A stretch of DNA of 64,000 nt from a virus. The translations under genes were made by a program, and so were the position numbers. Each line of letters opens with the position of its first letter. Position 1 is the stretch's first letter. The stretch is taken from the IMG/VR virus record IMGVR_UViG_3300049491_000955, positions 1 to 64,000 of that record; one strand, written 5' to 3'. The notes under the pieces were generated by a model. It saw nothing but the letters and a program-made list of their open reading frames with translations, searched no databases and was not told where the DNA came from. Positions 48,975 through 58,912 of this stretch are shown here, piece by piece.

Positions 48975-49151
48975 TTAAGTTTTTTGCGTTAGTTGATCAA
49001 TCAAATTTTTAGCTGCTTCAAAAGCTTCTTTTTCTGAGTCAAATCCCGTAACATATTTATTTACTGCTTTTCCCGTGATATAGGAAGCGTACTTGTTATT
49101 TTTTTCTGTGATAACAATGCTGAAATTTTTGTGTGTTGTTTTAGCAAACAT
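48975..49151 (-). CDS. Small hypothetical protein
   Basis: MFAKTTHK...GFDSEKEAFEAAKNLID. Confidence 0.6.
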   Translation of the reverse strand: MFAKTTHKNFSIVITEKNNKYASYITGKAVNKYVTGFDSEKEAFEAAKNLIDQLTQKT

Positions 49152-49371
49152 TTTTAATTTCCTCTTTTTCCTCTTCTTTTTCTGTACAATTTTCAAGAAT
49201 TACTTCAATTTTGTTAACGGCAATAATTGCCATTGCTACGCATCTGCGCCTTTCTCGACTTTTAGCACTTTGCATTCTGCAAGTAGGGGGAGCATAATAA
49301 CCTTGCACTTTATAAAAGTCTTTAGCTAGCTCTTCAATTAATGCATCTCTTTCTGCGGATTCTATTTTCAC
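49141..49371 (-). CDS. Small protein, paralog of 48624-48839
   Basis: LIEELAKDFYKVQGY...MQSA......CVAMAIIA. Confidence 0.7.
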   Translation of the reverse strand: MKIESAERDALIEELAKDFYKVQGYYAPPTCRMQSAKSRERRRCVAMAIIAVNKIEVILENCTEKEEEKEEIKNVC

Positions 49372-49431
49372 AATTTTTCTTTTTTCTTTTTTCTACTATA
49401 ACCCATAATATCTCTTTTAGCAACACTTTAG

Positions 49432-50880
49432 TCAATATTCCTTTGTGGGTGGCTTATAGTGAAGCAGATCAACCTCTACAGGGTTTTCGTCGTTTTTGCC
49501 TTTCATTTTTAAAGTTCCTTTTCCGCTACCCACTGTTTCGCCCATCTTGTCAGTAGTTGAAATGCAATCGATGCGTGGGCAAGAATCGATTAACTTGGAG
49601 AAGCCAGCTAGCTTGGAAGAAATACTAGTTTGATTCATGGAATGAGCAGTGAGAACTCCTGTGTATCCCCACTTCCTAATGTTGGTAGTCATTTGTTTTA
49701 GGAAAGTAGCCCAGACTTTAGGATCAATATTGTGAACTTCGTACGTATTGGCCTCACAAAGTACGATCGCAACTCTACCTTTTAGTCCTGTTTTGTCTTT
49801 CAAGTAATCCAAGTAGTCATCTTCATCGATTTCTTTTTGGCGAGCTTCGTCTTGGCGATCGCGTATGCTCTTTGGAAAATTGCTCATAAATTCATTGATA
49901 GAATCGATGTCCGACAAAACTGTTACCCCTGCCATTGTTTCCGTAGCAGCCGCACCTTTTCTAATTGTTTCAGGATTGATAACTACAACATGGTGTCCCA
50001 TCTCCCGCAACAAGTCGATGGCCAATCTTTCTAATGTAGATTTACCGCTACCTTGTTCCCCAGAAAGAACTTTAAAGGGCATTTTGAGTAATTGGTATAT
50101 CCATTGATGCTTTTGAGCTAATTGAATTTTCCCCGAACTAGACTTGCTGTCTTTAATCACTTTCTCTTCTGCTTTCTCTAAATCCAGTCTTTTTTTGTCA
50201 GCTTTGCTTTTATCCCTAAAGTTTTCAGCAATTTTCTTATCAGCATCTGAATGGGCAACAGCACGATTTTTCAAATAATCTTCAAGTTGTAATCGTCCTT
50301 TAGCTTGTTCGTTTTCTGGATCAGTTAATCCAAGGTGTATGCGTTCTTCCGTATCTTGTGCTGTTAGTCCATCTTTTAATCTATCTGTGTACAACGCCCT
50401 CGAATGAGCTTTGGTCTCCCGATAATGCTTGTTATCTTCCCAAGTTCCATAGCCATAAGTTTTTTCTTGCTCATTAAGTTGGTAGTCTGTTTCATTTAAT
50501 CTCTGCAATCGAAAATACATTGTTAATGCGGCTCCCCATAGTCCAGCGACCGCAAAACTTCCGCCAAGTAACTGATTAGGATTGTCTGTTGGCAATGCCA
50601 TGACTTCTTGAATTGAATTGCCTTTGTAAGGAATTTTACTACCATACATGCCGTACTTCTTCCATTCTTCGGTGAGCACATAGCGAGGTTTTACGCAATA
50701 CTCTTTGTTGATAACTATCTGCCCTTTTTTACCACTGGCAGACTTAGGACAGAATTTAATTTGAGTTAGATCATAAGCTTGAGTTGTTTGAGTAGCTACA
50801 AAACCTGTCACTGAAACAACTCCGCAAGCTAGTATCACTCCAAATTCAAACAAATTAGTTTTAGTTTTCTTCTTTGTCAT
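49432..50880 (-). CDS. Membrane-anchored FtsK/HerA/VirD4-like P-loop ATPase
   Basis: Two N-terminal TM segments; GEQGSGKST; VVVINP; degenerate Walker B IVLCE; RKWG...VLTAHS. Confidence 0.7.
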   Translation of the reverse strand: MTKKKTKTNLFEFGVILACGVVSVTGFVATQTTQAYDLTQIKFCPKSASGKKGQIVINKEYCVKPRYVLTEEWKKYGMYGSKIPYKGNSIQEVMALPTDNPNQLLGGSFAVAGLWGAALTMYFRLQRLNETDYQLNEQEKTYGYGTWEDNKHYRETKAHSRALYTDRLKDGLTAQDTEERIHLGLTDPENEQAKGRLQLEDYLKNRAVAHSDADKKIAENFRDKSKADKKRLDLEKAEEKVIKDSKSSSGKIQLAQKHQWIYQLLKMPFKVLSGEQGSGKSTLERLAIDLLREMGHHVVVINPETIRKGAAATETMAGVTVLSDIDSINEFMSNFPKSIRDRQDEARQKEIDEDDYLDYLKDKTGLKGRVAIVLCEANTYEVHNIDPKVWATFLKQMTTNIRKWGYTGVLTAHSMNQTSISSKLAGFSKLIDSCPRIDCISTTDKMGETVGSGKGTLKMKGKNDENPVEVDLLHYKPPTKEY

Positions 50881-51187
50881 CTTTCAAATCCCAAAAATTA
50901 ATTAATACTTTTTCTGCAACAGTTTCTCCTACTTGATTCCAAAGAACATTTTGTTCTTGGATTTCTGGAAAGGCAGACATTGAATTTATAGTTTCAAAAC
51001 AATTGAAATCAATCCAAATTAATTCGCCAAGTTCAGCTAATTCTTGTTTTTCAAGAAAATGAGGATTTACTATATACTCTTGAATTCTTTCTTGAATTTG
51101 TTCTCTGCCACTTTGGTTGTACTTTAACTGATTCCAAAGATTTGAAAACCATAAAACAACTTTAGTTGTGTCGCTGTATTGATTCAT
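50861..51187 (-). CDS. Hypothetical protein
   Basis: Overlapping member of the operon. Confidence 0.65.
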   Translation of the reverse strand: MNQYSDTTKVVLWFSNLWNQLKYNQSGREQIQERIQEYIVNPHFLEKQELAELGELIWIDFNCFETINSMSAFPEIQEQNVLWNQVGETVAEKVLINFWDLKDDKEEN

Positions 51188-51420
51188 TTTTCTGCAACTT
51201 TAAACAAAAGAACAACCATAAAAACAGTCATCGAAAGACAAATGCCAACGCTTAGCCAAGGATAAAGAAAGGGATATTGACCATAAATAACTGCAAGATT
51301 AGAACTGAGTCTATATATAAGATCGTCAACAATTTGGCTAAAAAATACGTAATCTAATTTAAAAAAAATAATAGCTGTTGCTGTTGTCAAGATTATTTTT
51401 AAAAAATTATTGTTTCTCAC
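51184..51420 (-). CDS. Two-TM membrane protein
   Basis: Hydrophobic segments; 4-nt overlaps with neighbours. Confidence 0.65.
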   Translation of the reverse strand: MRNNNFLKIILTTATAIIFFKLDYVFFSQIVDDLIYRLSSNLAVIYGQYPFLYPWLSVGICLSMTVFMVVLLFKVAEK

Positions 51421-51953
51421 TTTCTAAAAACTCCTAATAGTAAAACAAGTGCGATCGCACCAAGTACAGCAAATCCCCAAGCACCAGCCCACGCATCAGA
51501 GCGAGGTTCTTGCTTTTCAAAGATTTGAATATCTTCAGCAATTTCATGAATAGTAGTGTTTGTGATATCTTGAAAATATCGGTAATCTTGTCCAGCTAAA
51601 TAAGTAGTGATTGCCGAGCTACCCAAACCAAACACAACTTTGACAGTACTTTGAGCATTATCAACTTCTAGTCCTTCTCCAGCCTTGTAGTTTACTCTAA
51701 AATTGGTCAATCCTGAAAGCGGAACTACGGCACAGCAAGTAAAACAAAGGCTAATTGCTAACCAATAGTTTACTCCTCCGCCCAAAAGCAATAAACCTTT
51801 AGCAAGGAAAAATCCGGTAGCATTCATCGACCACCCCACAAGATATCCAGTAAGCTTCCCTGTTGTTCCGATGACTTGTTTTCTGTGTAGCTTTCTCTCT
51901 TGTAAGTGCTCTGCTAAATCTTTTGGAAGAAGAGTGTCTGGAGCATATTCCAT
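51417..51953 (-). CDS. Multi-pass membrane protein
   Basis: About 4 TM segments; probable start MEYAP at 51953. Confidence 0.7.
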   Translation of the reverse strand: MEYAPDTLLPKDLAEHLQERKLHRKQVIGTTGKLTGYLVGWSMNATGFFLAKGLLLLGGGVNYWLAISLCFTCCAVVPLSGLTNFRVNYKAGEGLEVDNAQSTVKVVFGLGSSAITTYLAGQDYRYFQDITNTTIHEIAEDIQIFEKQEPRSDAWAGAWGFAVLGAIALVLLLGVFRK

Positions 51954-52062
51954 TATTTCTTCTTGCTCTGTCTGTTGCTCGTTTAATGTATACATGTAAT
52001 AATAATCCCAGTGTAAACATATTTTGTTTGGCAGCTTATGCATAAAGCTGCCAATTTTTTAA

Positions 52063-52737
52063 CTAAAAACCAAAAATAAAATCTTTGATTTTTCCAACTA
52101 CATTATTACTTGCGTAATTTTTTTTGGGCTTAAAAGCCTCTACAGCTTGATCGCCTTCTGCCAGATAATAATTACCCATCTCTTTGTTGTGCTGAAGATC
52201 TACTGTTTGTTGCTTAATTGGAATTCTCAATTCTTCTTTAAGCAATTGATAGTCTTCATCAATAGTAGTCATATGAGCATCAATCCAAGCTTTAAGTTCA
52301 AGTCTCTTTGCTGTTCTCTCATGTCTAAGCTCTTCCTTCCTTTGAGAATTCTCAAAGTCGGTTTGCATTTCATCCAGAGCATTGACGAGACTTGTATCTT
52401 CTAACGTGGCAGATTGAATTGCTCTTTCAACTGCTTTGCCGCTAACACCTGCTTTCTTGTAGATTTCGGAGAGAACAAGATTTAAATCTTCTTGTCCTTG
52501 GATAGCTGCAATCATTTGGTCTTTTACTTTGGGAGCAAATTCACTAATTCTTGCTCCGTCTATACCCATCTGCCCAATTATTTTTAGAGCTTTTTGATCA
52601 CCTGTAAGAGCACTAATGATTAGTCCTTGGGACACTCCTGTATTCAGTCTTAGTTGGGCTTGTAAATTGCGGGTTTTTCCTAAAGTTACCCTGTTTTTTA
52701 GCTTCCCAATATGTCCGGCACTTTTCTTTCCAAGCAT
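52063..52737 (-). CDS. Helical / coiled-coil hypothetical protein
   Basis: Operon member; amphipathic C-terminus KIKDFIFGF. Confidence 0.75.
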   Translation of the reverse strand: MLGKKSAGHIGKLKNRVTLGKTRNLQAQLRLNTGVSQGLIISALTGDQKALKIIGQMGIDGARISEFAPKVKDQMIAAIQGQEDLNLVLSEIYKKAGVSGKAVERAIQSATLEDTSLVNALDEMQTDFENSQRKEELRHERTAKRLELKAWIDAHMTTIDEDYQLLKEELRIPIKQQTVDLQHNKEMGNYYLAEGDQAVEAFKPKKNYASNNVVGKIKDFIFGF

Positions 52738-52903
52738 CTATATATACCTCGCTACATTCGTAATCCATTCGTCGCATATATGCATCAAGTTGAGTTTGAT
52801 GCTTTTCTTCTCTTTTAAAATTCTCGATACTCACTAGTGGCAAATATATAAAGTAATGAGTACCGAGAATCAAGCTTGTCAATCCTGTAAGCAAAACAGC
52901 CAC
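52613..52903 (-). CDS. Small single-TM protein
   Basis: Fills the operon gap; start uncertain. Confidence 0.45.
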   Translation of the reverse strand: MAVLLTGLTSLILGTHYFIYLPLVSIENFKREEKHQTQLDAYMRRMDYECSEVYIDAWKEKCRTYWEAKKQGNFRKNPQFTSPTKTEYRSVPRTNH

Positions 52904-52928
52904 CGGTCTTACAGGATTTTTTCTTCTG

Positions 52929-53624
52929 CTACTGCTTAAATCTTGCGGAGATTTCGGCGAAAGCTGTGGTAAGTTCTTCGCCGCAGCTTTTGTAATCGTT
53001 GGTCGATTCCTCCATTGCTGAAGAAAAATTATTCAGCAATCCAACTACGTTGCGATCGCTTTCGTCAATTGTTTGGTACAAAGATTGAAACTGTGATTGA
53101 ATGTATTTTTCTTCTTCTGCTAAATAAGTTTTGATTAAGCCAAGCACATGAGTAATCATCTCTCCTCTGCTTGTGCAATTAGCAGGAATGCTTTTTGCAA
53201 TTGTTTGAATCTCTTGCTTGTGTAGTTTCAATCCACCTTTTTGCAAAGTCGAACCTACAATTTCTAGCTTTTCAGATTCTGCTATTAATTGAATTTCTCC
53301 TTTAAGCTCAACTGGCTCAACTTGTTCGGGTTGGATTTCTTCTGGCTGAATCTCAAAACTTAAGTTTTCTTCAGGCTTGATTAAACTTTGGGAGACGGTG
53401 CTTAGTCCACTAGAAGGAGAAATATTTTCTTTTGATTCAAACTTAAGCTTTTCTACTATTTCTTGCATTTGTTCTTCTGTTGGCTTTTCTTCTGCACTGT
53501 TAATCACTGTGTAATATGCCTCTTTGATTTTTTGATAGCTTTTAATTATTTCGTAATTGCGCTTCAGTCTAGATTGAATTCTTTTAAAGTAAATTTTTTC
53601 GTTGTTGTGAAGCTTTTCAGACAT
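52929..53624 (-). CDS. Coiled-coil hypothetical protein
   Basis: ORF track; operon member. Confidence 0.75.
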   Translation of the reverse strand: MSEKLHNNEKIYFKRIQSRLKRNYEIIKSYQKIKEAYYTVINSAEEKPTEEQMQEIVEKLKFESKENISPSSGLSTVSQSLIKPEENLSFEIQPEEIQPEQVEPVELKGEIQLIAESEKLEIVGSTLQKGGLKLHKQEIQTIAKSIPANCTSRGEMITHVLGLIKTYLAEEEKYIQSQFQSLYQTIDESDRNVVGLLNNFSSAMEESTNDYKSCGEELTTAFAEISARFKQ

Positions 53625-53625
53625 T

Positions 53626-54048
53626 TTAGTTACCTCTTGTTTTTTCTTTGTACATTAAAGCTTTGATTGTGATTTCAAACAGATCTTTTCCTAAATAAAA
53701 GTTACTTGCTTTAAATCCACCAATCTGTTTGAACCACCTAGATAATGTTGATTGCGACGGTTGTAAGTCAGATAAAGACAAATAATTTAAAAATGCTTTA
53801 CCAGAGTAGTATTGCTCAAAAGATAAATTTGCTCGGTGCTTTAATATCTTTTCTTTTGCGTTTGCTAATCGTTTTATACGTCCATTAGAAATCTTGTTTA
53901 GTCTTAGATAAAGAATTAAATTTTTTTCGGTTAGTTCTAGCTCTAAACTTTCCAAAAAAGTTTTTACTCTCCACCATTCCGTATCACTTGATCTTGATTC
54001 AATTAATTTTTCATACCTTTCTCTCTCCTTAGAGATTGTTATCGTCAT
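53626..54048 (-). CDS. Basic DNA-binding protein (wHTH-like)
   Basis: YSGK.F...L....QPSQSTLSRWF...G; start MTITIS at 54048. Confidence 0.65.
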   Translation of the reverse strand: MTITISKERERYEKLIESRSSDTEWWRVKTFLESLELELTEKNLILYLRLNKISNGRIKRLANAKEKILKHRANLSFEQYYSGKAFLNYLSLSDLQPSQSTLSRWFKQIGGFKASNFYLGKDLFEITIKALMYKEKTRGN

Positions 54049-54509
54049 TTTTCTTCTCCTTTTCTTTCCTTTTCTCCTAATACAAACTTCTTTTTTTGCC
54101 GTATTACGTATTACGCATGTAATGCCCTGCATTTATGCTTTTTTTAGTATGCATGTACTGTTTTTGAGTATATATGCTTACTAAAAACCCTTAAAAAAGA
54201 CTGCATGTATTACGCACTGTCCATATTTAGGCTTAATATATGAGCGGTGTAATACAGTTTTTCCTGACTGCACTGCCTGAAACTCTTTAGGAGTAAGCTT
54301 ATTCACAATTCACAAGTGATGAATAAGCTTGTTTTTACCCCTAAAAATTTACCTTTTTTCTAAACCCTTCTTTTGACCGACAGAATCGCTGTAACGAGGT
54401 GGCAGTAACCATCGTGCATCTGCACGGGCAGGTTTTTGACGTTCTGACATCGATTCAAGCTGAAACAGGTCAATCATCAATCTTTTCCTTTATTTACTGT
54501 TAGCTGAAA

Positions 54510-54791
54510 TTAGTTGCCTAGAAGAACAGAATAAAGACTTTCCACTACTTTGCAGTTAACATGATTGCTTGGCGAGGTCTTGCAGTAATAATTTGCATTC
54601 ACCAAGTAACTGCCGAAAGTTAATAGTCCTACTCCAGTAAGCATGATTCCTAGTAGATGAGGAACAAACCCAAATCGTTTTTTGAAATTATCTCGTTCTT
54701 CTTCTTCTGGATCATAATTATTTCCCGCTTCTTGCCAAGTGATAAATTTGCCGTCGTAGTAGAATCCACCTTTCTCTTTTTTATTGCTCAT
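54510..54791 (-). CDS. Small single-TM protein
   Basis: One TM segment and a CxnC tail. Confidence 0.6.
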   Translation of the reverse strand: MSNKKEKGGFYYDGKFITWQEAGNNYDPEEEERDNFKKRFGFVPHLLGIMLTGVGLLTFGSYLVNANYYCKTSPSNHVNCKVVESLYSVLLGN

Positions 54792-55020
54792 GGCTTATTC
54801 TCGCTGCTAATCTTGCTTGTTTCTCTTCTTCTTTTTTCTCGTGCATCTGCTGGAGTTGCATTATCCCTCCTGTTGTCAACAATCCCAATCCGACGTAACC
54901 CGCTATTTTTCCTCCATACTTTTGAGAACCAAAATAACCCAATCCTACACACCCAATCAAAAACAAAAAGAATAATGCACTGTTTTTTGCTGTTCCTAAA
55001 CTTACTTTTTTCTTTGCCAT
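54781..55020 (-). CDS. Small two-TM protein
   Basis: MAKKKV... with two hydrophobic helices. Confidence 0.6.
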   Translation of the reverse strand: MAKKKVSLGTAKNSALFFLFLIGCVGLGYFGSQKYGGKIAGYVGLGLLTTGGIMQLQQMHEKKEEEKQARLAARISHEQ

Positions 55021-55192
55021 TTTATTCACTGCGTGTATTACCTGCTCTCTTTCTTTAATATAAATGCACGGGGGTGCAACTGTCAAGTAAGTGCACCTCT
55101 GTTTTTATTATTTCTTAATGATTAAGGGTGAAAGACTGATTCTGCTGTACATTAAGATTGAGGTGCAAGAACAAACAGAAGGATGCAAAAGG

Positions 55193-55531
55193 ATGCCAAG
55201 GCAGCCAAGAATTTACTATATATTGAGTGAAGAAAATTTAGGCAAGCTAAAAGCTTTGGCAGAGAGTGAAGGGCGATCGCTCTCCAACCTTACCGGGCGA
55301 TTTGTTGAGGCTGCTTTAATTCAATCCAGTATTCCAGCCGTTGAACCAGGGCAACTAGATCAGACAGAGGAAGTTATTAGATTTCTAAGAAAGTTGGCGC
55401 AAAGTGATCGCCCTTCAGATTCAGATTGCATTCTTGCCGCACACGACGCTGGAATCCAAGAGGAGGATCTAATTCAATTACGCGATCGCTTATTCACCAA
55501 GGAGAAAAACGGAAATGGCATTGCTCACTGA
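55193..55531 (+). CDS. RHH/Arc-like regulator
   Basis: PRIYYIL.EE...KLK.LAE.EGRSLSNL....VE.AL. Confidence 0.75.
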   Translation: MPRQPRIYYILSEENLGKLKALAESEGRSLSNLTGRFVEAALIQSSIPAVEPGQLDQTEEVIRFLRKLAQSDRPSDSDCILAAHDAGIQEEDLIQLRDRLFTKEKNGNGIAH

Positions 55532-56153
55532 TTTAAATTTCGGGCGTGCTCACATCAGTTTGCGGGCCAGTTCAAAAAATCAAGCCAAACAGTATGTCCG
55601 AGAAGCTACTGGATGGAGTCAACAATTTAAGCAAGATATTTATATTTTCTATCCGGGCAATCCGCGCCCTTATAGAATCCCAGTATTGAATTCAGAATTA
55701 AAAGAAAAACAGATGACTAATATTTTATTGCCTGGAATCCAGATTGCAGAAATGCAAATCTCTTTGCCTTTACTCCAAGTCTTTAGCGAGTTCTTAGAAT
55801 ATCCAGATCGCAAGTCTGGTTTAATTCGGTTGCGAGATGATCGCCAAATTGCTGTTTCAAATTCTAGTCGAGTTTTGATGAGAGATGGTGACTTGCTTCG
55901 CGCAGTCCAACGCCAACGCTCAGATTATTGGTACTTACCAGATTTGGAATTGATTACACAACGAACTCGGCAAGAACTTGAGCCAAACAACCCCAACAGT
56001 TTCTTTGAATTTAGTTGGCGTTCTCCTGGCAAATCAGAAAGTCCTGAGTGGCGAAGATATACCAATCAATACAGACTTGTCTCTGATGCCTTTGGCGAAC
56101 TCTACCAAGTCTCTAACAGCTTAGGTTTTGATGTAGTTGCACCCGTCGTTTAA
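55515..56153 (+). CDS. Hypothetical protein with PAS-like C-terminal domain
   Basis: GLIRL.DD.Q...S.S...SDYWY.PDL......L...FEF.WR...W..YT..YRLV. Confidence 0.6.
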   Translation: MALLTDLNFGRAHISLRASSKNQAKQYVREATGWSQQFKQDIYIFYPGNPRPYRIPVLNSELKEKQMTNILLPGIQIAEMQISLPLLQVFSEFLEYPDRKSGLIRLRDDRQIAVSNSSRVLMRDGDLLRAVQRQRSDYWYLPDLELITQRTRQELEPNNPNSFFEFSWRSPGKSESPEWRRYTNQYRLVSDAFGELYQVSNSLGFDVVAPVV

Positions 56154-56180
56154 GCAGATTTTAACCGCTGCTATTTTTTT

Positions 56181-56399
56181 TTGAAAAAAACAATTCTTAG
56201 TTGCGATCGCTGTAAGAAAGACATCAGCTTTTTTGATGAGCAGTTTAACGAATTTCTGGCTCAAGAATATCCGGGGTTAGACATCTGCGCTGATTGCGAC
56301 GGGCTTCTAGTTTTGGCGTCATCTTTGCAAACTCATGATTTGATTCGTGGAAACAAGCAGGGAACTGCTCTGAAGAAAATGTTGGAGCAATACAGTTAA
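56181..56399 (+). CDS. Small zinc-binding protein
   Basis: CDRC...CADC. Confidence 0.6.
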   Translation: MKKTILSCDRCKKDISFFDEQFNEFLAQEYPGLDICADCDGLLVLASSLQTHDLIRGNKQGTALKKMLEQYS

Positions 56400-56689
56400 G
56401 CCAGTGCTGAGAAATACCTTTTCGCAGTCGCATCCTCCACAACCTCTCCCAACACTACCTCTCAAAAAACCACACGATTCCATTTCTTACTTTTTGCTTA
56501 CTTTCCATACCAGTAAAAAAAACGCACCTACAAAACGTAAGTGCGTTTAAAATCAATCTTACCAATAGCAATACACAAGACAATAGTATTTCTTATTTTT
56601 TAAACGCTTCTCTATCAACAAAACTTATCTATACTTTTTTGAGAAAGTAGTATTACAATAGAGACACACTGTCTAAGTTGTGAACAGAG

Positions 56690-57025
56690 ATGATCGCAGA
56701 TATACGAATTCAGCACGAGCTAAAGACATGGAAGGAATCTTTTTACTATATTGTTAAGGGAAAAAAACTGGCAGAAGTCCGGAAAAATGATCGTGATTTT
56801 CAAGTTAATCAACGATTAATTCTTTGTGAAGTAGACGAAGAAAATGAGTATCTACCTACTGGAAACAGAATGTCTTTTCGCATCAATCACATTATTTATC
56901 TCAATGACTGGATTCCAATACTAAAAAGCAAAGAGGAATTATTGGAAGAATATGTAGTCTTGTCTTTATACTTTGTTGGAAGCCACCTTCCCAATCCACT
57001 ATTATTTAAACCAAACTTGTTGTAA
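56690..57025 (+). CDS. DUF3850 / ASCH-domain protein
   Basis: HELKTW...F..I..G.K..EVR.NDRDFQV...L.L.E......TG....I..I...YVVLS. Confidence 0.88.
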   Translation: MIADIRIQHELKTWKESFYYIVKGKKLAEVRKNDRDFQVNQRLILCEVDEENEYLPTGNRMSFRINHIIYLNDWIPILKSKEELLEEYVVLSLYFVGSHLPNPLLFKPNLL

Positions 57026-57085
57026 AATATCAGAGGGAAACGCGGGAGCTTGGTTCTGTCGCCTGCCGTGACTCGGAACGACTAC

Positions 57086-57136
57086 AAAAACAAAAGACGA
57101 TCGCATTCTACACTCGTGCGATCGTCTTTTGTTTTC
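57086..57136. terminator. Hairpin with HIP1-like arms between convergent genes
   Basis: AAAACAAAAGACGATCGCA-N11-TGCGATCGTCTTTTGTTTT. Confidence 0.65.
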
Positions 57137-57246
57137 AATTCAAATATTCTATTGCCGTCCAATCTTGGAATTCTACATTTACTGTGGGAGCGATCGCCCC
57201 AATTGGAAAGAAAAATTCTGCCAGCAATGCTCCAATCAAAAAGTAG

Positions 57247-58644
57247 CTAATTCCTTTGATCAAGATATATTTTTGGTCTTTCAAGCGTTCCAGAAAACTT
57301 TCCATCTTCCCATCCTTCAAAATATTCTCGATCCTCTACAATTTCTATTCTTTCCTCATCAGTCATCAGTAAAATCTCTGTTTTTGTATACACCACATCG
57401 CCACAACTGTCCTCAAAAGCAATATCTTCTTGATGTTCTATCTCTTTTTCTTTCCAAGATTCTAATTCCGTCTGTATCCTTTCCATAAAAATTTCTTTCT
57501 CTTCATCTGTTTCTACTCCACAGTAATAGCTAAAGAAATCTTTCTCATCTATAAACCCTCTCGTAGCATAGTTAATAGCCTCAAACGCCTGATTCAAAAC
57601 TTCAACTTTCTCTTTCTCTCCTCTCTGATAGTAAGGTTCATAATAATCTTCCAAGTTCATCCCTGACTCTTTCGCTTCTGTACTCAACTCAGGTAAAAGT
57701 TTTTCCCCTAAATGTGCCAAAGCTACCAGTCTTCTTATGTCTTTTGGAAAAGCTTCCATCATCATTGTTGAAGCAACAGGATTATTGTGATCAATGACAA
57801 TAAAATTTTCCCATTGCTCTGCTGTCATTCTTGTTATCACTTCCATCTCTTGAATTGTCTCTATCAACTTTTCGTGAAAAATCTTGTGCAACTTAATATC
57901 ACACATCAATTTCCTAATCATGTCTCCAAAGTAAATTTGTACCCAAGTCGAATCCATCTGTTCACACTCTTTCTCCGCATGATCTGTCAGCCTCAGCCGC
58001 TCTTCTCTCATCTGTTTGATCAATCTTCTGTATTCTGCATATATCACATCGTATTTCTCTCTCCATCCCTCTTTAAGCTCCAATTGTACGTCTACTTGAT
58101 TGGAATAGTACTGTGTCGCTTCCTTCTCTCTCATCAAGTGATGCTCATAAAGCTTTATATCTTCTTCCAATGCAGCTAATCTCTGTTCCGTCACTGCTCG
58201 ATGATCATCTAACTGGATAATTGCAGTGCGATCGCCCCTAAACTTTTGATAGCCTGTCATATCATAAATGTATGCATCTAACCCCAACTTGTTTGTCCTT
58301 CTAACCGTTTCAATTGCTTGCTCCGTGCATCTCTTCCCTGCTCCTCCTGGCTTGCTGTCAGTATAGTAAGAAAGAACTTCACTGGCTAAATCAGATGAAA
58401 TAATCATTGCTTGCCCCTGTCTCCATTGCTGATCAGAATCAAAATATATTTTTTCAGGGTTCTCAACAAACTCTTGAAAATATTTAGGCATTCTTGGTGT
58501 TTTAGCTACTATTTTTTCAATCCAACTGTTTAAAGCTGTATGACTTACTCCAGTAAGATTTGCAAGTTGTCTCAAGCTTAATCCTGCTTTCCCTGTTTCT
58601 TTTTCAGTAAAAAATCCTTTGCTTTTGTCAAACATTAAAGACAT
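57247..58644 (-). CDS. DNA-binding protein: N-terminal HTH, coiled coil, acidic C-terminus
   Basis: TGKAGLSLRQLANLTGVSH.AL..W...I.S.LAS.V..YY...GL..YI...TGY. Confidence 0.7.
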   Translation of the reverse strand: MSLMFDKSKGFFTEKETGKAGLSLRQLANLTGVSHTALNSWIEKIVAKTPRMPKYFQEFVENPEKIYFDSDQQWRQGQAMIISSDLASEVLSYYTDSKPGGAGKRCTEQAIETVRRTNKLGLDAYIYDMTGYQKFRGDRTAIIQLDDHRAVTEQRLAALEEDIKLYEHHLMREKEATQYYSNQVDVQLELKEGWREKYDVIYAEYRRLIKQMREERLRLTDHAEKECEQMDSTWVQIYFGDMIRKLMCDIKLHKIFHEKLIETIQEMEVITRMTAEQWENFIVIDHNNPVASTMMMEAFPKDIRRLVALAHLGEKLLPELSTEAKESGMNLEDYYEPYYQRGEKEKVEVLNQAFEAINYATRGFIDEKDFFSYYCGVETDEEKEIFMERIQTELESWKEKEIEHQEDIAFEDSCGDVVYTKTEILLMTDEERIEIVEDREYFEGWEDGKFSGTLERPKIYLDQRN

Positions 58645-58648
58645 AATT

Positions 58649-58861
58649 TTAGACTCCTGTTTTTACTTTGAATTTTGTTTCTGACGCTAACTGTAATCGA
58701 TGAGCTTCTAATCCTAGGCGGATTAAGTGCGACATCATTGCTTGATCTGAATCAAAGGAAACTCGTACCGACTGCAAATCTTCTACCAAATCTAATTCAC
58801 TTCGATAGGTCAATCTTGGTCGTTTGGCTTCGTAACGAGCTTGGGCTTCTGCTTTACTCAT
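58649..58861 (-). CDS. Small RHH-like regulator
   Basis: AQARYEAKRPRLTYR...L...SD..MM..LIRLGLE. Confidence 0.6.
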   Translation of the reverse strand: MSKAEAQARYEAKRPRLTYRSELDLVEDLQSVRVSFDSDQAMMSHLIRLGLEAHRLQLASETKFKVKTGV

Positions 58862-58912
58862 ACCAATACAATAAATTAATAAGCACAGACTTGTCAATAC
58901 TTTTCTAAAATA

